NCBI GenBank assembly: GCA_032718475.1
Contig: JAUCBJ010008627.1
Location: 22,763-86,762 of the forward strand
DNA length: 64,000 bases
Direction of reading: 5' to 3'
Origin: Nemertoderma westbladi
Lineage: Eukaryota; Animalia; Xenacoelomorpha
In this document: positions 36,689 to 46,300 of the stretch, piece by piece
Layout of the letters: the number at the start of each line of letters is the position of its first letter
Position numbering within the stretch: position 1 is the stretch's first letter
Notes under the pieces: generated by a model
What the model was told of the DNA's origin: nothing
Seen by the model: the letters and a program-made list of their open reading frames with translations, nothing else
The model's database searches: none
Made by a program: the position numbers and the translations under genes

Positions 36689-39600
36689 TTAATCGATATC
36701 AACCTCAGTGGAGCGAGGTCTAATGGCCTTTAGAGCGCGTTTTAGGACAGCAGCTCCTACTGGTCCCTGACGAGTCGTCTGAACGATAGCGGTAGGTGGA
36801 CCGTGAGTAGTGAGAAACTTCCTCGGTTTAATGGTTCTTTCCAACTGGCGTTCTCGGGCTCGATATTCGTATGGCCGTCGATGTACTTCCTGTAACTCTG
36901 GATGCGAGTTGATAAACAAATCGCCATACTCCGGGTCTTGACGGATGAAGTTGATCAAGTTGTATGAATTAATATCATTAGGATTGATGTTCCTGAGATA
37001 TTTACGAACAAATTTGGTGGAAATACACTCACCAACACTCTTCATTAGTTCGTAACTCGGTGTGCGTGATTTTTGTTCAACAGACGCGAATAGATAAGGA
37101 TGGAACGCATAAACTCCTTCGTAGGCGCGTCCAGGGTAATAGCGATGGCGTGACTCACAGTGTAAATCCGCATTCGATTCCCAAGCTCGGATGTAGCGCA
37201 GGGTAATCATTTCATCTACGCTTTCCAGATCGCGGTTAAAAGGGCAATCAAAACTGGCATGTCCTTTAAGTTGACAATGATGGCATTGAGTCATAAATTG
37301 GGGGCAGACGGCGAAAATGTGCAAGTTATTGAGTCTGCAATACGCACAATAGATCTCCATCGCCGGTTGTTCGTGGAAATAGGAGCAGGGTACGTCTGAG
37401 TCCATGGGGGTGAGATGATCTCTCGATGCGCATAATCGGCAACGTTTTCGAGAAACATAGTTGGCGTGTCGATAATCGTATGCAGTGAGACATTGTGGAC
37501 CTTGATACCATTCTAAAACGTAGTCGTTGTCGCTGCTCCGAGGTGCTATAGGCTGAATCTCCTCGGATTCTAAGCATATTGGTTCGTCTTCCAATTGCAT
37601 AGCTGAGGTAGGTGCGGCTGTCTCCTCAAGCGAACCCACTGTCTGAACTTCCACGATAGAATAACCCGTGGGTATTCGAGGTCTTTGTATAACAGAGGAA
37701 TGTAAGTTCTGTATACAAACGTCTTTGAAAATGGCGAATCCAGCGCTGTCTAACTTCTCAGCTGCTGAGTCTCTTAGGCTGAGCTTAGTCAGAGCGCGGT
37801 CCTTGAACTGACTATCAACGTTACGGAACGGAGTCAGAAAGCGCCTGAAACATTCAAAGCGGATGAATTTATTGTGTTCATCTAGCTTGGCGAGTTTGGT
37901 TCCAAGTATTAAGGGATGGGCGCGTATAGTACGACTGCACACATCGGCTAGCCAACCGGCAAGTGCGGTGTTTTCAAAGATCGTGTATATAGCTAAGGAG
38001 GGACGAAGTGGAACACTCATAAAGCTATACACGACGCCAGGTGCGGTCAATGGTCCGTCAAAGTATAATCGAGAATAATGATCTCCATACACTTGTTGAT
38101 AGTTGATAGGATTTCCGACCTTGAAATTCCATCCGTATTCTTGAAAGGCAAGATGTCCGATGGAAGTTCGTTGTACTTTAGTAATGCCGCTGGGTGTATT
38201 GGCATACATAGTGCGGAAGAAACCTCGGCCTTCTGCCCAGGGAGCAATCAGCTGAGTATCTACGAAAGGATATGGGATATTCTCCATGTTCCTAAAGTCG
38301 TTATGGAGATCTCCATAAACAGCTGAGCCGATTTTAAGGATTCTTTCGTTAAACAACATCTCGAGCACGGGCTGGGGTAACATTGATCCATCGATACCCA
38401 TGGCCGGTTTGCGCTCGGTGTCAGTGACGTAACGCTGCGCGAGTTCGAATTGTCCATGTCGGAGTTTCTTTTGTATCTCGTTGAGGGTCTCAAAAGAATA
38501 ATCAATCACATCGGAACACGCTCGAGTAAATACGTGGGTAGAACCAGCTAGTCCTCGTATATGTATCATGCGCGTAGTTCCCAGTTCTCCAACCGGAACG
38601 CTACCTTCGTTATCGGAAGTGACAACTCCATACATCTCGATAACGTTAAGAGTTTCGTTCCACTCCTTTGTGGCGTTTTCTAAAGTCATTCCCACTGGAT
38701 GCCACAAGGTGGCGCATTCGATAGCATTAGGTAGATCTCTATACTTCAAATACTGTGTAGTATATGTTTCTACATCTCCATATCGTTGTATTCTTTCCTC
38801 CTCGAATAACATGTCGAGATTCCAGTGGACTAATCGAGTTTTGATAAATCCATCGAGATTATACGGAGGTATTGTATCTTTCTCTATTCTGGAAACATTA
38901 TAGGGTTTTCGGAATGAGTTTACTTTCACTAACTGATCCAGATGTTTCTGCAGTTGTTCGAGTTCGACAAGATCGAGAGGATTTATTAGTGGTAGAAACC
39001 TTAGACTATGTGTAGGATCTTCCGGTTTTACCATGTGATATTGAATTAGATTGACATAATAAGGGTGATCTTTGATCCCATAAAACGAGTTCGGTAAAGG
39101 TCTAGCGCGTATGTTGACCTCGTGTACCATACGACGGACAAGATCAGCTCTATTGTCCGGAGGTTCTACGAGTATACCATCAACACGAGCGGTCTCGATT
39201 GGCGGACGTTGCAACATAGGAGCGTCAGCGATAAGATCCCGAGACCTTAGGTTGATATCAACCGGTTGAAGTTGTGCCGTGGCGAAGAGTTTGTCTCCGA
39301 AATGGGGAACCATCGAAGGATGAATGATGGTTTTAGAATAGAGATCAGTCATAAGGATTTGAGCTTCTGGCTGGGCTAAAGCTGCTTCTTCTCTCTCATC
39401 CATTTCTATGTGTTTCTCCTCGAGCTGATTTTCCTCCGCTTGTCGTTGTAAATGCTCATCTAGGAACTCTTGTAGAGAATAGGTTCGTCCAAGTTCAATG
39501 TCTTCCTCGAGGTTCTGGATTTCTCGATCGAACTGGGGTAAAGCTAATTCCTTCACTGCTTGGACTTGTTGCTGCAATTTGCGTTTCTCTAGACAATCGT

Positions 39601-39934
39601 AAGTTCCTTTCCCGATCTTCTGCCGAATAGCGTCTAACGCGTTTCGTACAAAACTCTCCTCGACTTCGGTGACGGGTTGCATCGGGGTTAAACCGGGACG
39701 ATTGTACGGGTTGAATGGCGATATTAGATGCCCGCGTCCCAATCCGGCTAGGTAGGATGGGCGAATATCTAGCGAGCCCACTACCGGAGTGCCACCGATT
39801 AATTGTTCGGGTAACACAAGATCTTTAAATAGCGAGTACAGTTCAGGGGGATCCGTTATATTATTAGGATCAAGCGTTTGAGATCTCACTAAGGAATGAG
39901 GAGGTCTGACCGAGTATTCCGGAACTCTGATCAT
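36689..39934 (-). CDS. Accessory protein: DEDDy (WRN/EXD/Mut-7-like) 3'-5' exonuclease domain plus CCHC zinc knuckles (1081 aa)
   Basis: ExoI-like VVTSDNEG; LPQPVLEMLFNERILKIGSAVYGDL (compare WRN [25 protein letters not shown]); FVDTQ; SIGHLAFQEYG; ExoIII-like PLRPSLAIYTIFE. C-terminal CRLCASRDH, CAYCRLNNLHIFAVC and CHHCQLKGHASFDC (CX2CX4HX4C). No signal peptide or transmembrane segment is evident. Confidence 0.7.
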   Translation of the reverse strand: MIRVPEYSVRPPHSLVRSQTLDPNNITDPPELYSLFKDLVLPEQLIGGTPVVGSLDIRPSYLAGLGRGHLISPFNPYNRPGLTPMQPVTEVEESFVRNALDAIRQKIGKGTYDCLEKRKLQQQVQAVKELALPQFDREIQNLEEDIELGRTYSLQEFLDEHLQRQAEENQLEEKHIEMDEREEAALAQPEAQILMTDLYSKTIIHPSMVPHFGDKLFATAQLQPVDINLRSRDLIADAPMLQRPPIETARVDGILVEPPDNRADLVRRMVHEVNIRARPLPNSFYGIKDHPYYVNLIQYHMVKPEDPTHSLRFLPLINPLDLVELEQLQKHLDQLVKVNSFRKPYNVSRIEKDTIPPYNLDGFIKTRLVHWNLDMLFEEERIQRYGDVETYTTQYLKYRDLPNAIECATLWHPVGMTLENATKEWNETLNVIEMYGVVTSDNEGSVPVGELGTTRMIHIRGLAGSTHVFTRACSDVIDYSFETLNEIQKKLRHGQFELAQRYVTDTERKPAMGIDGSMLPQPVLEMLFNERILKIGSAVYGDLHNDFRNMENIPYPFVDTQLIAPWAEGRGFFRTMYANTPSGITKVQRTSIGHLAFQEYGWNFKVGNPINYQQVYGDHYSRLYFDGPLTAPGVVYSFMSVPLRPSLAIYTIFENTALAGWLADVCSRTIRAHPLILGTKLAKLDEHNKFIRFECFRRFLTPFRNVDSQFKDRALTKLSLRDSAAEKLDSAGFAIFKDVCIQNLHSSVIQRPRIPTGYSIVEVQTVGSLEETAAPTSAMQLEDEPICLESEEIQPIAPRSSDNDYVLEWYQGPQCLTAYDYRHANYVSRKRCRLCASRDHLTPMDSDVPCSYFHEQPAMEIYCAYCRLNNLHIFAVCPQFMTQCHHCQLKGHASFDCPFNRDLESVDEMITLRYIRAWESNADLHCESRHRYYPGRAYEGVYAFHPYLFASVEQKSRTPSYELMKSVGECISTKFVRKYLRNINPNDINSYNLINFIRQDPEYGDLFINSHPELQEVHRRPYEYRARERQLERTIKPRKFLTTHGPPTAIVQTTRQGPVGAAVLKRALKAIRPRSTEVDID

Positions 39935-39949
39935 GGGTTTCTTTAAGGA

Positions 39950-40765
39950 TCATTTGAGTCGAGCGAGCGTAGGTGGTACGTCGAACAGGTTTCGCTCGAA
40001 ACTTCCATAAGTATATCGTGTAAAACTGTGTTTAGCGCAACGTCTCCGTGGATGTTTATGTCTTTCCGTTTGCTGATTGGGTCTAGGGCATTCATCGCAG
40101 TAATACCAAAGACGCACGTCCTGCAGGGGAAACGCGGGTGATCGTTCTCCAGTTTTACAATATTCCTCCATCTGTTCGAAGCTATCTGGGACGACAGGTA
40201 GCGGTCGATCGGCGGTAAGATACATCATAGTGAAATAGAGCCGTTTGAGTTCTATCATAGGGTCATGATGTATACCTTGAGGATATCGAGTTTCTAGATT
40301 TTGTTGACTGGCAATATTGAGATATGTTTCTCTCAAAAATTCCAGATAATCATTGAAGTCGCTGCGTTTATCCGGCTCTTCAACATCTTCTCTTTCGAGT
40401 CGGTTCCGAATATAATTCTCGTGTTCTATTCTCGGTTTATCGTTCCGACTCCGCTGGGTATGATATTTAAATAAAACCATTTCCCTTTCGGTGTCTACAT
40501 CGTCCGTATCGTGTAAATCGATAGGATGGCTGGTAGTTAAGAAGTCCATATACGTACCATTACGATGCGTATAGCGAGCGGTGAATTTTCTATAGTCCAA
40601 TTCACGCGTAAGTTGCTCCTGGGACATTGGCGGTTCGATATAACGACCATCGTCCTCCGTAGTAGTTGGACTAGCGTCGCCGCGTATCAAGCTATCAACA
40701 AACGCTTGTAAAGGTAGAGTATATCGCTCCCTGATACCAAGATCATCTTCTATCAACTCAGTCAT
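39950..40765 (-). CDS. Unknown 271-aa ORF; in frame with, and probably the N-terminus of, the 1081-aa accessory protein
   Basis: Separated from the 39934 ATG by a single TGA plus 15 nt (AAA TGA TCC TTA AAG AAA CCC ATG). Cys/His cluster CDEC...H...C...H near the end. Confidence 0.6.
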   Translation of the reverse strand: MTELIEDDLGIRERYTLPLQAFVDSLIRGDASPTTTEDDGRYIEPPMSQEQLTRELDYRKFTARYTHRNGTYMDFLTTSHPIDLHDTDDVDTEREMVLFKYHTQRSRNDKPRIEHENYIRNRLEREDVEEPDKRSDFNDYLEFLRETYLNIASQQNLETRYPQGIHHDPMIELKRLYFTMMYLTADRPLPVVPDSFEQMEEYCKTGERSPAFPLQDVRLWYYCDECPRPNQQTERHKHPRRRCAKHSFTRYTYGSFERNLFDVPPTLARLK

Positions 40766-42664
40766 AGCTGGTATATGAGTTTATTAATATTATAATGAGT
40801 TTATAATTAGGCTAGCGGGCGTCGCTGCCTAACCATCTCGGCCCCTGGACAGTGCAAGATCCTCAGCGCCGATGTACCGTCGTCGCTGTGTTTTTCGCCA
40901 ATGTAGTAGCTACACAACGACAACGATAACCGGCACAAGTCACTCCACTGTCCGTCCCAAAGGCTTAGATTTACTTCAGGTTCTTACTGCAGAGTTAGGG
41001 CTACTTTCACAATTGCGACTCGATACTGTAAACACACTTTAGTAGTAACATTCACCTATAAACGCACAAATTCCACACAACTGTCACAAATTGTACACAT
41101 TCGGGCCATTTGTCCGTTAGTCAAGTGCCTTCCAGAATGCCACGTTATTATTATGTATCCTTGGATACTAGCAGTGTACTATTTATTCCCTATGCTATTC
41201 AATGGGGCAAGCTTTCTATTGTTCTTTTTACTCGCTTCTAATTCTAGCGTGGTTGTTGCTATGGTGACATTATGGAAAGCTAGCGGTAGAATTAGGGTAA
41301 TTTCCATGCATACAGATCTGGGATGCTATTTAATAGTAATTCTTTAATTGTCAATATCCCTTTTATACATGATTTTATGAATTTTATCGGCTATTGACTA
41401 TATATTGGAGATTCTCGCACACTAATATACTTAATAGGGTGAATCTCCGCTCCCATGATCTATTAATTAATGGAATTTTGGGAATGTTATAAATTGCATA
41501 AAATGGCAATTTATCAAATTCATTAAAAAGATGAATTTAAATTTATTCCCGTAAATTTTATTATTTATCCTTAAAACAGACATAATTTTATTCCAGAGCA
41601 TGTCTGGGGACTAGAATCCTTAATTCTAGGAAATTTGTCCTTTTAAGAGTATCGGTAAGTGCTACGATATCTTAATAGACTAGAATTTTAAAGGATCTAA
41701 AATTTTACAGATTTTAATTTATAGATTTTCTAGAGTTAACTTGTAAGTAGTTACTCTATTGTATCTATTTGACAGATTTTATAAATATTAATAGTTAATA
41801 TTTAAGATGGGCACCGGTTTATTCCAGAACATGTCTGGGGACGTTAACCACTGATTCTAGAATTTTGTCTTTCAAGTATATCGGTGGGTGCCGCGATATC
41901 TTAATCGACTAGAATTACAGATGGTCAAAGGGTTTAACAGATTTATTTTGCGTTTTACGCTACTGTTAAAGGGACATCACGCTACTATATGTATTATTTA
42001 ATATACGGTATGAGAGCAATATCGCAAGAAGCAATGTCAGTGAGAAGAGGCAAGTCGTTACCAAGGTCTACCCAGAGCTTGGTTTAGCCGAGACACGAGG
42101 ATCTGAATTTTGCATTCCTAATACTCTACTTACCAATAATACTTGAATATAGTAGGAGCTTTATTGTACTTTAATAAGTACGGACATTTCATCTTTCTGT
42201 AGTCACATATTTATAATGTACTACGGACAGTAAGGAAAGAGAAAAAAGAATTATTTCTCGCCGTCGCACTAAATATATAATATATAAGTAATTAAGTAAT
42301 AAACGCGAATATATATATGGCACTAATCTACTAAATAATCGCTAAAATAACATTCTACTAAATAAAATTAAAGAAAACGATTATAATAAAATTACATAAT
42401 AATACATACCTAAATATAAAAATAATAAAGACAGATATAAAATAATATAGTCAAACACCCACTCCAGACGCTGTCACGTTGGGGAGTCCCTAGATGTTTG
42501 TTGGATTAGGGAGGTGGTCGTGGCAAGAGTATCTTGCCTTCCATAGTTTCTGGAGAGTTCTCTGTCTCTTTCCAGTAAACATAAACGACCAACTGGGCGA
42601 TTGAGCTGCTGTGTCTCGAAGACAATTCCCGGTTTCTTAAAGTTACGTCGCATGACGACGAGTT

Positions 42665-43288
42665 CTACCGATCGCACCAAACCATCATCCGAGATACGAT
42701 GATACGACCTGTCTGCCACCGCTTACGTGGAAGATCTAAGTCCACAATAAGGACCATGTCTCCGGCGCTGACGTTTTCTTGCTGTGCGAACCACTTAGTT
42801 CGAAGTTGTAGCGTAGGCAGATAATGTTTTTCGAAATGGTCAGCGAAACGACGGGATAACAACTGCATAAGTTGCCAAGTTTGCTGGCAGTATTCGTCTC
42901 CGTCCGTGATTTCCGATCGTGGGAGCATGGCTACAGGTTTCTTCAGTAGGAAGTGCGCGGGTGTTAGCGCTTCCAGGGAATCGGGACTCGATGAGACTGG
43001 CATAAGCGGTCTCTCATTGAGATAGGCGGTGATTTCCTCCATTAATGTCCGCAAAAGTTCGTCGGTGAGATACGCGCGGCACAGCACTATAAAGTGAAAT
43101 GCGGTCTTCACGCTCCTGCTTAATCTCTCCCAACTTCCTCCCCACCAAGGGGCGTCGGCGGCGTTGAAGGTCCAGCTAGACGCTGTTACCCTTAGCTGAT
43201 CGTCCATCTGTCTTTGGTTCCAATCTTTGACGTAAGCCTTGATTTCATTGTTGGCACCAATGAAGTTCGTTCCCTTATCAGATCTCAT
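42665..43288 (-). CDS. BEL/Pao integrase core, C-terminal half
   Basis: SDKGTNFIGA, WTFN...PWWGGSWERL...VK, LNERPL, LTPAHFL, YLPTLQLRTKW, GDMVLI. Confidence 0.9.
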   Translation of the reverse strand: MRSDKGTNFIGANNEIKAYVKDWNQRQMDDQLRVTASSWTFNAADAPWWGGSWERLSRSVKTAFHFIVLCRAYLTDELLRTLMEEITAYLNERPLMPVSSSPDSLEALTPAHFLLKKPVAMLPRSEITDGDEYCQQTWQLMQLLSRRFADHFEKHYLPTLQLRTKWFAQQENVSAGDMVLIVDLDLPRKRWQTGRIIVSRMMVWCDR

Positions 43289-43318
43289 CGTGTTACTAGT
43301 TCCAAAGCGAGCGATCTG

Positions 43319-46300
43319 TCAGCGTAAGCTCAATATGAAGCTATTGGTAGATAAATCGTTCACCATATCGAGATGGATAGCTCTACAAGTCATACAGACA
43401 AAGATGACACACCATCTCTTGACTATAGTCCTAGCACGATATACTTCAATAGGGCCAAATAAATCCACACCGGTAGTAGTAAAGGGTGGTTCATAGAAGC
43501 TTACTCGTTCCCTAGGTAATTCTGCCTCTCGCTGTGTTAAAGGCCTACTGAATGCTTTCCTACAGGGTATGCAGTTCCTAAGAACTTGGTTCAGAGCTCT
43601 ACGGGGTTTATGAAAATAATATCGAGTTCGAATTTCGCTAAGAACTCGTTCTCTACCAGCATGATAAAGCTTACTGTGAACATCTACAATCATCTTGATT
43701 TGTATTTCAAGATTTTTAATGAGTATGGGAAACTTAGTGTCAAAGGATAATGGAGCATTAGTTAGTCTTCCTCCAACACGTATTAACCCATCTATCATTG
43801 TGCTAGAGAAACGATCCCTTAAGCGCATCTGTGGATTTCTCAACAACAGGAAATACTTATCGGAATCCTCATAGCATTGCAGGAGTCTCAGTATCTGCTT
43901 ATTGGTTTCTTCATGCTCCTGGTAACTGATCTTCTCCTTCAGAAACCTGTCGGATATCTTGTATTTGGGAAGATCTTTAACAACATGGACCTGTGCAGAT
44001 GTCAGTGGAGCGGTATCGCTAGTGGTCTTCGTCCTGGAGTAGTGATGATGAAAACATCGCTTTAAATATGTAACGGCCTTACAGAGCCGATTCCAGGAAC
44101 TATAGTGATGTATCGCTCTCTGCAGGAGAGGTGAGAGTCCTTGTGAGACGTCTGGTATTCCAGATTTCCAATCTCTCTCTCTGATTTCCACAACAGACTT
44201 ATTTGTGGCTGTGGGTTTCGGATCCAAAGCGTCGTCTCCGGAAGTGTGTAGTACAGACAGATCTACCATGGGTTTAAATAACTTCGATTTACTCACCCGA
44301 GTTTTAGGTTTGACTTTCTCCGCTCCCTTGGCCTGTCTAATCTCCGCCGTAGTAAGATGAGGAGGCCATTCATCCTCTTCTTTGCTTAGGAAGTCGGGTC
44401 CACCTAACCAGTCTGGAGTATCTATCAGTTCTTGTGGAGTTGCTCCCCTGGAGGCGATGTCGGCTGGATTAATCGTTCCGGGGCAATGTCTCCATTGATC
44501 TATCTTCGTGCGACTAAGTATAATGGCTACTCTGTTGGTAACGAAGACGCTGAACTGACAGACTTCATTGGTTATATACTCCAACACGAGTAAAGCATCG
44601 GTCCAATAGACAGTTTTCTCCAGTGGATAGTCGATCTGTTCTGTTACATTCTGGCCGATGGCTATAGCGTATAGAGCCGCTTTTAACTCCGCTCGAGCAA
44701 CTTTCAACTTGTTGTTTATCAAGGCCTTAGAGGTAACCAAGGCGACCTTGATTCCATCCAGAGTTTCAACTCTCAGGTAGGCTACTATACCTATTCCCAT
44801 ATCGCTGTCGTCTCCAAACACATGGAGTTGATAGGAATGCGTAGGGAGAACATGACCAAAATATGAACGGGAAATTAGAAAGTTCTCGATGGACGGTAGA
44901 GAATCTTCCCATTTCATCCACTTCTTTAATAGTTCTCCCTTAAGTGGATCGTCCCTTGAGTGGTTTTCAAGCCACATTTGTTGTACTAAACTCCGAGCAA
45001 TCAATATAACTGGGCTAATAAATCCCAATGCATCGAAATAAGTGCTCAGGATACTTAAACAAATCCGTTTAGTCCGAACTGGATTATCTCGCTGTTTTAG
45101 CTGGAAAAACAGGATATCTCTCTCTGTGTCCCATTTCAAACCAAGCGTCTTGGTTTCAGGAAGATCGTCCTTGATTAGGTCTAGATCTTTAACTCCTCGG
45201 TCTTCTATCGGGATCGATTCCAGAAACTCACGGGAGTTGCTGGTGAATTTAGTTAATCGAAATCCACCTCTTTTCAAGCACTCTACCGTTCCTTTGGCGA
45301 CATCAATGGCCTCTTCCACCGATGGGAGTGACTTTAAATTGTCGTCCATGTATATATCCCGTTTGATGTTGTCGATAACCTCTTTAGAGAAGGCGTCCCA
45401 GTTGTCATCAGCAGTGGTGCGCACTACTGAGCAGGCGTTTGAAGGGCTCGAGATGATCCCAAAAGCCTGGAAGGTCATCCAGTACTCCACCGGTTTCTGG
45501 TTGAAGTCTCCTTCAGGCCACCACAGAAATCGTAGGCTGTCTCGATCTCTATCCAGCGCCTTAACTTGTAAGAACATGCCTTCTATATCCGAGGCAAAGG
45601 CGATCAAATATTGTCGTAATCTTAAGAGTATTCCCAACAAGGATTGTAGTAAGTTGGGTCCTGGCAACAACTCGGAGTTAAGGGATTGGCCCATGTAGAG
45701 TGCGGAGCCGTCAAATACTACCCGGACTTCATTGGGTTTACCGGGTTTGGGAACGTAATGGTGTGTTAAATAGTACGTTCTCTCAGTTATGGGTGTTCCT
45801 TCCGGTACTCGCTCCGCATATCCCTTGTCAATGAATTTCTTCAGCTGGGTCTTGTACATCTCCTTAGCTGAAGCATTTGCCGTAAGGCGTAGATGTAGTT
45901 GCGCAATTCTCTTCTCCGCCAAGGGTCGGTTGTTTATAAAATTGGGTTCTCGCCGTCGGAAAGGCAGACCAATCTCATACCTACCTTGATCTTTAAGAAA
46001 ACGTGTAGTTGTTTCCTGTATCTGCTTGGCTCTTTCTTCTTCTACCGATAGGGCCTTATCGTAGGAATTGGGCTCTATAGCCTCTTGAGTAAAGAATCGT
46101 ACGGCGTGTTCATCCCGAGTCTTCGCGTTGTAGCGATCTATCACTTCATTCAGTTCGTCGTTATAGTCGACTTGTCCTGCTGGATGAATGAGGTGACATA
46201 GGTTCACTTGATTTTGCCAAGTTTCGTTTTCTGTAAGGAGGTCGATGGTATTCTCCTCGTCGAAGAGTTGGTGGATATCGTCATTATCTGAGGAGTATGG

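Noticed and set aside
36689-39934. Accessory ORF as an envelope glycoprotein
   Set aside because: No signal peptide, fusion peptide or C-terminal TM helix; the Cys residues form zinc knuckles.
45042-45698. Antisense ORFs over pol and the accessory gene
   Set aside because: Shadow ORFs opposite real coding frames; no independent motifs.
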